A DNA stretch of 58,498 nt, the filler included, from Dugesia japonica (Eukaryota): NCBI GenBank assembly GCA_001938525.1. It is 6 parts of 6 records of this genome, joined end to end, with 100 filler letters (N's around TTAATTAATTAA, not from the genome) between each part and the next. Parts side by side here need not be neighbours in the genome. Positions count along the whole stretch, not along the records: positions 1 to 9,458 come from MQRL01565469.1; positions 9,559 to 18,434 come from MQRL01612045.1; 4 more parts are not named here. The stretch is one strand, 5' to 3'. The position numbers were made by a program, and so were the translations under genes. Each line of letters starts with the position of its first letter. The first letter of the stretch is position 1. The notes beneath the pieces were generated by a model. The model did not search any database. It saw only the letters and a list, made by a program, of their open reading frames with translations, and was not told where the DNA came from. Positions 1 through 10,230 of this stretch are shown here, one piece after another.

Positions 1-1582
1 CTCGGAATTTAGCTCGTGAAGAACTTCTATGATATGAGATTTAACTCTCAAAAAAATTTCTATCATATTTTGCATAGAATTCATCGTGTTTTGACATCTA
101 ATATTAACTCCAATTCATTCCCTAAGTCGGCTTTAATTTTTCTTGCAAAATTCCGTTTTTAATAGTAGACTTTTTGAAAGATTTTATAATTTTTCGAAAG
201 TTTGTAACATTTTCATGAATACCAAATGACTTTAGTTCTAATTCAATTGATTCACTCTCATTTGAACATATTANNNNNNNNNNNNNNNNNNNNNNNNNNN
301 NNNNNNNNNNNNNNNNNNNNNNNNNNNNNNNNNNNNNNNNNNNNNNNNNNNNNNNNNNNNNNNNNNNNNNNNNNNNNNNNNNNNNNNNNNNNNNNNNNNN
401 NNNNNNNNNNNNNNNNNNNNNNNNNNNNNNNNNNNNNNNNNNNNNNNNNNNNNNNNNATCGTTAGTAGATGAAACTACATCTTTTTCAAAATTAATATTG
501 AAAGTATTTAGATGGTTTGTTACCAATTCAAATAAAGCGGAAGCAGAACATGAGTCATATATTCTAATTAAGCCAAGATTAAAAGTTTTAAATTCATTAT
601 CATGTAAGTTAATGTTTACAACCCGTTTCATAGCAACACTAGTCCATTCGTCTAAAATTATACTGAATCTTTTATTTTTTAAAATTTTATCTTGAAGTTC
701 ATTTATCATTATTTATTTTTTTTTCGAAATCTTTGTAAATAAGTTTCACTACATCAGGCTCATTTTTTGGCAAAACATAACCACATATTCATAATTGATT
801 CGCGAATAAATCCAGATCTAATAATGGCCCTAATTGATATGCCATCTACTGTTGCTAACCTAGATACAATTTCATCCAAGCTTCTCTTAACAACGATAGT
901 AATCTAAAATTGTTTTATTTGTTTTCTTGCTAGATTCATCTTCTGACATTTCTAGACAATTTTTTTGAATATTAACTTCATGTTTCACATTTAAGTGTTT
1001 GGTCATTGTTGTGGTACATCCATCAATATTTGATAAAACTGCTTTACGTTTATTGCAAATAGCTTTTCCTTTGCTGGAGTCTTGCGGAGTATAATAATCC
1101 CATATTTTTGATTTTTTGGTTTTCAACAGCATATATAAGGTCTAAAATTTTTATTAGTACTTTTCTAAAAATAAAACAGAATTCGTATTTATCTCTTATT
1201 TATTCTTATTTATTTGAAAATCAACACAATTTTAAAAATCAAATTCCAAAAATTTGAAATATTATATTACGTTAAACAAAATCCANNNNNNNNNNNNNNN
1301 NNNNNNNNNNNNNNNNNNNNNNNNNNNNNNNNNNNNNNNNNNNNNNNNNNNNNNNNNATGACAACTAAAATAAAATAAATTTTTCATAACGAAAAGACTC
1401 GAAATTTTTTATAAAAAATCGTATTTAGAGATGAGACTCGAATTTTTTTGTAAAAATCCATCCGATCATTGTCAACATAACAAATCGAAAATTTTAGCAA
1501 ATATTCGAACGAATCCAAATATCTTTATTTTAGGAATGATTCGGTCGAATCCGAATCCGAATTATTTGTTTCAGAAACCCTA
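1..1582 (-). mobile_element. Decayed hAT DNA transposon (Ac/hobo-like, zf-BED), 5' part; continues off the left edge
   Basis: Minus-strand terminus TAGGGTTTCTGAAAC at 1582 followed by GGATTCGGATTCG subterminal repeats. ORF 887-1132 is a BED finger (IWDYY...AICNKRK...TTTMTKHLNVKH). ORF 122-709 has the first catalytic Asp motif RFSIILDEWTS. Confidence 0.85.
122..1132 (-). pseudogene. hAT transposase pseudogene (BED zinc finger + N-terminal part of catalytic domain)
   Basis: Two ORF pieces broken by stops/frameshifts and an N gap; motifs as above. Confidence 0.85.
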
Positions 1583-1607
1583 GGTCCGATATATCGGTAG
1601 ACCCCTA
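1583..1607 (-). mobile_element. Orphan terminus of a second hAT-like element
   Basis: Minus strand reads TAGGGGTCTACCGATATATCGG, resembling TAGGG/TAGAG-GTCGACCGATATATCGG hAT ends; directly abuts the terminus at 1582. Confidence 0.45.
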
Positions 1608-1959
1608 ATATTTATAAAGAAGAGAAATTTTTTTAATATGCAATAACTACTGACGTTCTAAAATCACTTCAGCCGTCCATTAATTATAACAATAAAATAT
1701 GGTATTAAAAAGTGCTTTTTCTTGAGTTCAATAGATATACGTTCAAATTAAATCCGATTAGTATATAAATAAGACAAAATACACTCCAAATCATTATTCT
1801 TTTTTAAGAGAATAATAGGGAAAAGCCACATAATATATAAAAAATATACATGAATAATGAACCTTTTATTAAAGTATATAAAATCGAAATAAATTAATTA
1901 ATTTATTAAAATCTAGTAACTCCCCAGACAAGGTTGAACCAAGGTTCATTTGCGCTGGG

Positions 1960-3086
1960 ATGCCAGGTAAACGTCTTAATTAATTTTTTATTAATTTAAG
2001 CTTAGAAAACTTCTTTCACAAAAGCCACTGTCACAGGTATTTTCAAAAATGTTTTTGATGCAATTGTGATATTTAGAAACATTGGAGAAAGATCATTGAA
2101 AAATATGCTAATGCATTCATACCGGGTTTAATGTATGTTAAAAGGATTTCAATTTCATCACATAAATCTAATTCATTTATATCAGATTTATTTCGCTCAT
2201 TATCGGACAATTTAAGTTGCAAATCCATACCATAATAAATTTTAGTATCTTTATTCAATTCTAGCTACGTATACATGTCATTTAGAAAATGAAAAGTTTC
2301 TTTATGAACTGTTATTTGCTCAAATCTTTCCTCTATTTTTGATATTGCTGTGTCTAAAATAGTGAAATAAAAATTTTAACAATGTTAACAAAACTATATT
2401 AAATAAATTAATTTCAAAATACGATTTATAAACTATATCTAATATTTTGTTTCATAAAGAAATGCAGTTAGCAGAAAACAATACTAAGGTAAAATTGAAA
2501 TTTTTTGAAGTAATAATAATAGAAAACTTCATACCAAATTTCAACAAGATTTACTGTTTAGTTTACAAGATAGAGATTTAAAGTTAAAAGATTTTAACAT
2601 TGGTTCTTATGTGTGAAGCTAAGAAACTCGGACATTAATGTAGGTTACAAATGTTTTAACCCAAAAATTTCGACGAAACTTACCATGCATAATATTTGTT
2701 ATTTTATAAATATGTGTGCACAGCCCAGATATTATTGACTGTAAAATTATAGAAATTACTCCAAATATGTATATTAACCATCGTTTTAATATGTTTTATC
2801 ATTTTACATATGTAGGAGAAACGTTTGTCAAGTAATATTTTAACATTAACAATGTTACGAATGACGTCGTTTTGTAGTATTTATTCACATGCATTTAATA
2901 TATTATAAATAATATACTTACAAATTTTACCTATTTAATTAATTAGCAGTAATTAATTAAATAATCATGAACATAATAAATATTGGACAACTAGTATTTC
3001 TCCACTAAACTATTTTTCACCTACCACCTCAAAACGTGCTGCCCAAGTGCGGTGCACCCCATGAACCCCTGCTTAGTGCGGCCCTG
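1960..3086 (-). mobile_element. Decayed hAT element of Tip100/ZMYM1-like type
   Basis: Terminus CAGGGCCGCACTAAGCAGGGG at 3086 (minus). Transposase remnants FYFTILDTAISKIEERFEQ (~2310-2375), ELDLCDEIE (2073-2258) and the dimerisation-domain motif IPVTVA....SFSKLKLIK (~1985-2045, frameshifted). Confidence 0.75.
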
Positions 3087-5116
3087 TTCACAGTATTATA
3101 AACAAATGAAATCAAGGTGCTTTACTTAGTAATTATTTGAAAGAATTAGCGTGGTGTGACTCTTGTTGTCACTTGTCAATATTAGAACCATTAATTTATA
3201 TGATTAAGATTACCTTTCCTTGAGTGATGTTAGAATCTCATGGGAGTAGCATTCATTCCATTAATCTTGTACTTGTATTGTACTCATACTGTACATGTAA
3301 TGTATTCGTACTATGTAAGTAATACATTAGAATATACTTTTATTGCATATGATTAAAAGGTTTATGTAAATTTTAGCTAGTTTTAGAAAGATTTGTATCA
3401 TTTTTCAAGGATGATTAAAAGGTTTTGTATAAATTTAGTTGTTACTTTATTTACTTACATTTGTAAAAATAAATAAGTTAAATTTTAAAAATGACTGTCT
3501 CATTTGTAAAAACCATAGATTAGTATAGGAAAGTATTTAGATGAATGAATGATTAATGATGGATATTATCACATAATAGATTTAGATGGTTCAATAAGAT
3601 GATTGATAATGAATAAGACACAGATGAATTAAACGAATATTTATTATAGGTTATTTAGTAGTTTAAGTTGGTGTGTATATTAAGTAAGTGATTGTGAGAA
3701 TATTTGGACGAATATATGATTAATGGGTGGATTTAATTGGTTATGAAGAGTACTGAGTGAGTGAATGAGTATTAAGCAGATAAATTATATAAATTTAGTT
3801 TTTTATAATACATTTAATGTACTAGAATTCATTAGATGTAACAGAGATATTGAATTCGTTAGCTTCATTGCATGTATTGCCTTTAGTTTTTTATATTTAT
3901 TGATTGAATTTGATGCATAAGATGTAATAAATGGTTTAACGTTATTGAACGAACTTATCACACAAATTTAATGATTTAATTAAGTGATCCATTGTATTAA
4001 ATGAATGACTTAGGTGAATAAATTTTATTAAAAGATTAAGTAAGTGGGTCGTATATATGTGATTATATACGTTAAAGAAAGAAATTTAATACATATGCTA
4101 ATTAAACAAAAGAATGCAACACGGATGCAAGTACTGAAATAATATGAGTTATATTTTTGCAATATAGGTGCAATTTTTTAACATTAAATCTGCCCGGGGA
4201 TATTAATATTAAGTCTTTCAGTAGATATTAGATATTTAATCTATAAGTTTTATCATTATTTTCTAAAAAATGAATAATTATTTTTTAAATTTCCCACGTT
4301 ACTACCTTCCTATTGGTGAATACCTAGCCGCTATAAAAAATTGCTGTTTTCTGTTTGGCGAAGACATCACTACTTTTTAAAAATTCGTGCATTCTGATTG
4401 ATAAGTACTAAAACAGTCGCGCATTTTCACGTAATTTGATTGGTCGATACTAAAACACTTCTGTGTGTAAAAACAAAATCTTTACTTAAGTTCATACCTC
4501 CCGAGCACGTTTTCACCAACCAAAGTCCAAACCGAAAATTATTTTTATAAATGTGTCGACGGAATCAAATTTCTAAAACACTTTGCCAACAGAGGGCAGG
4601 TGCTCCAATGCGTTACTATCTATCTGCTTTATCATTACTTTTAATAACAATCATATTATTATAAATAATTTATTTATTATAATTAGCAAATATTTCAACA
4701 CATTCCAGCCTATTGTTTTTGGAATTAAAAATTTATGATCAGATCATTTTTTTAATCTGAATCAGATTTTTTTGATCCTGAGTGTGTGTGAATTTTTAAC
4801 TTTTAAAATTTGTGGATGTTTGGAAAGTTGTGTGTGTGTGTTAATTTAGAGTAGTTCAAGTTGAGGTGGTGTGTGTTGGTGTGAAATTGAACTCGAAAGA
4901 TGTGGGGAGATTTTGGAAATAATCTCTTTGGGAATTTTATGATATGAGTGTGTTAGTACTAAATTCCTGTCAATACATTGTCTAAAGTACTTATAAGGTA
5001 GGATGGATGGTTGGTCCTAGAAGTGTGGTAATGCACGGGCACAGGTGTATGAGTTATCATTGGTTGATTTTTGGGATGGTGTAGGTTTGTTGGTAGTTGT
5101 TGGATTTTGGTGGTCT

Positions 5117-6030
5117 AAAATTTCTCAGGCACGAGTTGCTATGTTGCAATGATACTGCGAGCCCATTGCATTTTTTTAAAAATTCTCAGGCATGTGCTGA
5201 TGTGTTGCGTAACTATTGTATGTCTATTGCATTTATATATGCAACTATTTTTTTTTCTTCTTTTTTATTTATTTTTTTATTTTTGGCGGGAAATTAAATA
5301 TTTTCCTTCTTTTATAATTATCTTTTTATCTTAATTAATTAACTAATTAATAACTTTAAATTATTAATAATTAATAATTATTTTCATGCATTGTTTCAGT
5401 CACAGTCTTGTTTTCTTTCCATACCATTGTATTACCTCCTCTGCCATACAACAGTCCAACAGAACGAATCCATTAAGGTCAGATAGCCATCGATTGAGTC
5501 CGTTATTAATTGAATGTATCGATCAGCTTGGGTAGTTCTAATTAGGCTAAGCTCGATTTACGATAAGTACATTCAAACATAAATTGAGCCAAGCTACAAT
5601 TGTTTAAAAACAATTATTCATCATCTTTAATAATTGACTAGACTCAGATCTGGAAAATGGTAAGGACTTCCATCGCAACTATTACTTATTCAATACATGA
5701 CATATTTTATATTATTTAGTACATATTAGTCATCTTTGACACATTTTTGACCAAATAATTATGGAAGCTTTAAATAGCATTACCATATTAATGAAACCTT
5801 TAAACATCTTAGACCATATTACTATGGAACCTTAATAACATTTACCTAAATTTCAATTTATATTTTGCATTTATTAAAATTCCGAGGCACGTCCCGATAT
5901 GTTGCATCAAAATCGTATTTCTATTGCATTTATTATTACAACTATTTTTCTTTTCTTCTCTTTTATTTATTATTTTATTTTTGGCGCGAAATCTAAAAAT
6001 TTCTTTTTTGGCGGGAAGTTAAAATATTTT
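5117..6030 (+). repeat. Imperfect direct repeat (~130 bp; ~5180-5300 and ~5875-6025, partial copy at ~5117), each full copy ending in E2F-like sites
   Basis: AAAATTC(T/C)(C/G)AGGCA.GT...GAT.TGTTGC...TCTATTGCATTTAT...CAACTATTTTT...TTTTTGGCG(G/C)GAAA in both copies. Confidence 0.75.
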
Positions 6031-6597
6031 TTTACAAATGTATTTGAAATTAAAAATACTAATTCATATTACCATAATTATAATAATTACAATTATAAAT
6101 GCATTGAACTTTTTCATAAAAACAAACTCATTAAGTATGAAACTTTTCCATATATAACTAATAAGTCTATATAAAAAACTTATCATTAAATATTTTCTAT
6201 GAATTTATAGTGTTTATGAGTGTTATGTTTNNNNNNNNNNNNNNNNNNNNNNNNNNNNNNATATATATATATATATATATATAATTTAAAATTTATGTAT
6301 AAATACCTTATAAGTAAATATTTTTATGATTGTAAAGGGTTTGTGAAGTTTATGAGTTTAAATTATTTACATAGTTAACTTATATTATTACATAGAAATA
6401 GTGTAATATAGTTTCGTCCGGCAAATACATGATCCCGTCATGTAAAATGCATGCTCGCGTCATGTTCATGACATATTTATAGAAAACTAAAAATAAATAT
6501 TTTTATTAATAATTTCAAATAATAAAAAATTTTCTTAATGACATTTTCTTACGTCAGCACTAGTACACTTGCATTTGTCTTGTCCGGGGGGTCTGGA

Positions 6598-6720
6598 TCT
6601 TCAATTTTTGTTCTTCAATTTTTGTTCTTCAATTTTTGTTCTTCAATTTTTGTTCTTCAATTTTTGTTCTTCAATTTTTGTTCTTCAATTTTTGTTCTTC
6701 AATTTTTGTTCTTAAATTTT
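6598..6720. repeat. 14-bp minisatellite (TCTTCAATTTTTGT) x ~8.5, with degenerate copies to ~6790
   Basis: Read directly from the sequence. Confidence 0.95.
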
Positions 6721-6909
6721 GTGTGGTTAAAATATTTTATTCTTCAATTTTTTGTGGTTCAAAATTTTTGTTATATATGTTCATTTTTATAATAAAAAAG
6801 TTATTTTGTTAATATTTATTGTTTTCTTTTGTATTAATTTTATCAAAATAAGCCAGTATTCAAATACATATATTTAAGCATATTAAAAAAATTATAATAA
6901 ATAATAAAG

Positions 6910-7292
6910 TCAACATTTTTCTTTACAAGACTTTTCAATCGAAATTTGCGGTCCTCAAGAGAACCGATTTTTCAAAGCTTCTTTGCATTTTCTTTTAAAA
7001 TCCTCAATGTCAATGTTATAAAGAGACCTGAATTTTACTGAGATAATTCCATATAAAATTATCAAAATTTATCTCCATTAGGATTGACATATTCTTCCTG
7101 TAGTTGTACCGCCAGATGTCTGTTGAAGCCTTTAATGAAAGTAATAGATCCTCCAAAATCGTTTTAAGGATAACTAAAATAACAAAGTAAAATAAAAATC
7201 AAATCATTGTTACCTTTTTCTTACTAAAATAAATCATCTTTTTCTTTTATTTTAATTAAATTCATTTTTTCTGCATTAAAATTTTGCGACAT
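6910..7292 (-). pseudogene. Small two-exon gene remnant (40-nt GT-AG intron at 7174-7213); helical protein, possibly BEN-like
   Basis: ATG at 7292. Splicing joins MSQNFNAEKMNLIKIKEKDDLF**EK in frame to VILKTILEDLLLSLKASTDIWRYNYRKNMSILMEINFDNFIWNYLSKIQVSYNIDIEDFKRKCKEALKNRFS*GPQISIEKSCKEKC*. Confidence 0.5.
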
Positions 7293-8203
7293 AATTAATT
7301 TTAAAGTAAATAATAATGAAATGCAATATATGCATAATAAAAGTCCACAACGTAATATATTAATTATTTGACAATTAAATATCTAAATTTAAATTGATAT
7401 AATTTTTACTTGAATTGTACTTATATTGCATCTGTGTCGGGAAATTTCTGAATTTTTCAATCAAATTGAGTAAATCTGATTTAATGTTAACCGCATATCC
7501 TTGAAAATTCAAATTTTTAAGTCCACGTATTACTAGTTTTCCTAATGAGAACATATTTATAAACAAGACTATATTTATCATGTTTTAAGACAGAAAATAA
7601 TTCTGACTCAAACCAACAGTTATATGTTATTGTTAATGTCATCAAATTTATGTCAACTTGCATATATCAATTATCCTAAATTTTTGTCATTCAAAGTTTT
7701 ATAGTAATCGTTTACATATCGCTTTTCTGTATATTTAATTAATAATATATCAGTCATTATAGATTTCAGATATTACAAAATTGTATAGTATACAAAATTG
7801 TATACATACTTATCCTTTTTTCTGAATAATTACTTAAGATATCAGTCAACCTAAATTTTAAAAATTCAAAATAATATAGTAATTGTATACTTTAACCTTG
7901 GATTGACAATGTTTACCTATTTGAAAGCTCATTTTTCTTTCATCACTTCATCTCTGTTACTTATATGGGTTTTATAAGTTTATTAGGAATTAATGGGGTT
8001 TTGATGAAATTAATTTATCCGATAAAACAAATTATGTATATATTTATGTCTATTTATTAAGTTTATAAGTGTATAGGATTTTTTAACTTTTATTAACATT
8101 TTAGTTTTATTTGTTTTACAAATTTTTATTACGATTAAAGAAATAAGAAAAAATAATTAACATAAAAATATATGTATTAAACAACAAAATAACATAAAGT
8201 TTA

Positions 8204-9036
8204 TCAATAATCAAATTCAATCTTCTTTTCTATGCTTTTGATTTTCCAGATGATACCTGTAGTATAAATCGATATTTTATAACCTTTTATCTCCACCTGT
8301 ATCATCCATTTTGTTATATCACCATAATGATTTTCATCTCGTTCTTTGGAATTGATGTAAACTGATTCAGTAAAATTTAAATCCTTGCTCAGTCTTGAGA
8401 ATAGAGCTTCAAATATGCTCTTATATTTTTCATTAATTCGTAATATCAACACACAATCAATTAAACAAGTGTCTCAACTGTATCTGTTTCGTCGAATGGT
8501 GCAAGCATCTGTTGTAGCACTGTTTCAACTTTGTTCGTTAGCCTCTCAGAAAGTTTAGTATACTCCTTAGCATTTAGCTGCGTTGCTTGCATTGCTTAAA
8601 TGAAATGTTGCTGCTGTGATGCTAGTTCAGTTGACATTATTAACAGTGACACTAACTCCTTTTCTCTTTCTTGTTGCCACTTGGTGATTTCTGCGATTTG
8701 CAATTGATGTTGTGATTCTTGCTTATCGATTCAGATCTGCAGTTTGTTTATCCGTTGAAGCTGCTCAGAAAACGGTTGTCGCTGCCAAATTATCTCCGTT
8801 TGCAATTCCTTGATCTCCTCATTCTTAGTTCGTAGCTGATCTTGAAAGATCCACCAGGGATCGGTATCCGTTCCTTCAGTGCCTACAAAATCCCATAGTG
8901 GTGTATAATAATAAATGTAGTAAATGTACATCACGCTCTAGCGATTGCATGGATTTACATTAAGTAATCTGTTTGGTCATATGGATGAAATATAGATCAC
9001 GATACATGACTATGTTATCTCATAATACAATGGCAT
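8204..9036 (-). pseudogene. Decayed coiled-coil protein gene of unknown family
   Basis: ATG at 9036 is in frame with ORF 8731-8934. A Q/E-rich heptad stretch (QDQLRTKNEEIKELQTE...QEREKELVSLL) runs through several stops to ~8460, then ORF 8204-8452 follows. Confidence 0.4.
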
Positions 9037-9458
9037 TTATATAACTAAAAAATAATATTTAAAATTATCTATTATAATTAATTTAATATTGTAAAGAAAG
9101 AATTAAATGTTACTATGAGCTATAACCGATCAATGATCACTCGTCATTGTGAATGGAGTTGGATTCTCTTTATTAACAATTCATTTGTATAAACAATTCA
9201 TATCCCTTTCATAAAATCTTTGTTGAACTAAATTTCCTTTTGATAATCAATTCATGTTGTCTATTCATAGAGACCCATCTCCTTCCAATTGATTCATTTG
9301 CCAGCTTCATTATCATTATCATATAAACCATTAATCCTTTATTATTGACTATTAGTAACCATCTAGAATAAGAACTAACAAATGTTAACTGTATTAGGGA
9401 TATAATTAATTAACTAATTAATTTAAATAATATATGTATTTATATTTATATATGTATT

Positions 9459-9558
9459 NNNNNNNNNNNNNNNNNNNNNNNNNNNNNNNNNNNNNNNNNN
9501 NNTTAATTAATTAANNNNNNNNNNNNNNNNNNNNNNNNNNNNNNNNNNNNNNNNNNNN
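9459..9558. other. Artificial contig spacer (44N-TTAATTAATTAA-44N)
   Basis: Exactly 100 nt; identical structure occurs five times; gives stops in all six frames. Confidence 0.97.
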
Positions 9559-9989
9559 AATTTCCATTGGTAGTTGGTCACTAAAAAATAAAGAATAATT
9601 TGCGAAATGATGTTAGATAAATGCAATCATAATAGATAGTTCAAATTAATGTTTATTTAACAACAACAGAATAGTAAAATCATGTTTAATGTTCCTGGGT
9701 GGGTTCTTCTAATGACAACAGATCAGCGAGATCAGCTCTCCTTGAGACTAGTGAATTTAAAGAGGTCAGCGCTTTTAAAACCATACACTTGCACGGCAGG
9801 TACTATAGTAATAATCAAAAACATGCGGTTAACTATAATACTAGTGAAATCATAATCACACCAATACACTGATGACCATTAGGAAAAACATTAATTGCTA
9901 AACATTTACAGCATTTCACGATAATAGTCCTCACTATTACCAGTAAAAGGGGTTAGAATAAAATTTCCTAACGATGTTCAGTGACTCAT

Positions 9990-10230
9990 ACAATTATTAT
10001 AACATCAGTAATCAATGTAGTTTTAGTGGTGACAATCGTAATATTCATTTTAATAATATCAATAATAATAGCCATTATAATAATAATAGTAGTGCATAAT
10101 AACAATATCAACGTTAACAATAACAATAACAATAATAATAATGAGAATAATAACAATAATTATNNNNNNNATTAATAACAATAATAATAATGATAATAAT
10201 ACAATAATATTAAGAATCATAATATTAATA
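9990..10230. repeat. Degenerate (AAT/AAC)n low-complexity tract
   Basis: Runs of AATAATAAC; produces spurious poly-N/poly-I ORFs. Confidence 0.85.

Larger units (their letters stand above)
4220..9040. mobile_element. Probable terminal/accessory region of a Polinton-like element related to the one at 34.5-39.3 kb
   Basis: Shares an exact 34-mer (6145-6178 = 36347-36380), GTATGAGTTATC (5047-5058 = 34626-34637), ATTATTTACATAG repeats, GATTGG boxes and TTTGGCG(G/C)GAAA sites, in the same order as the capsid-bearing segment. No core viral gene lies inside this part. Boundaries approximate. Confidence 0.5.

Noticed and set aside
4220-4232. AGTAG as the Polinton terminus (also at 34510)
   Set aside because: Too short to be significant; no partner TIR or 6-bp TSD visible, and 34510 overlaps Gypsy coding sequence.
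6538-6792. 84-aa repetitive hydrophobic ORF
   Set aside because: Read-through of a 14-bp minisatellite.
9503-9514. Recurring palindromic TTAATTAATTAA about every 9-12 kb as a biological periodic signal
   Set aside because: Always centred in exactly 44+44 Ns; it is an assembly linker.
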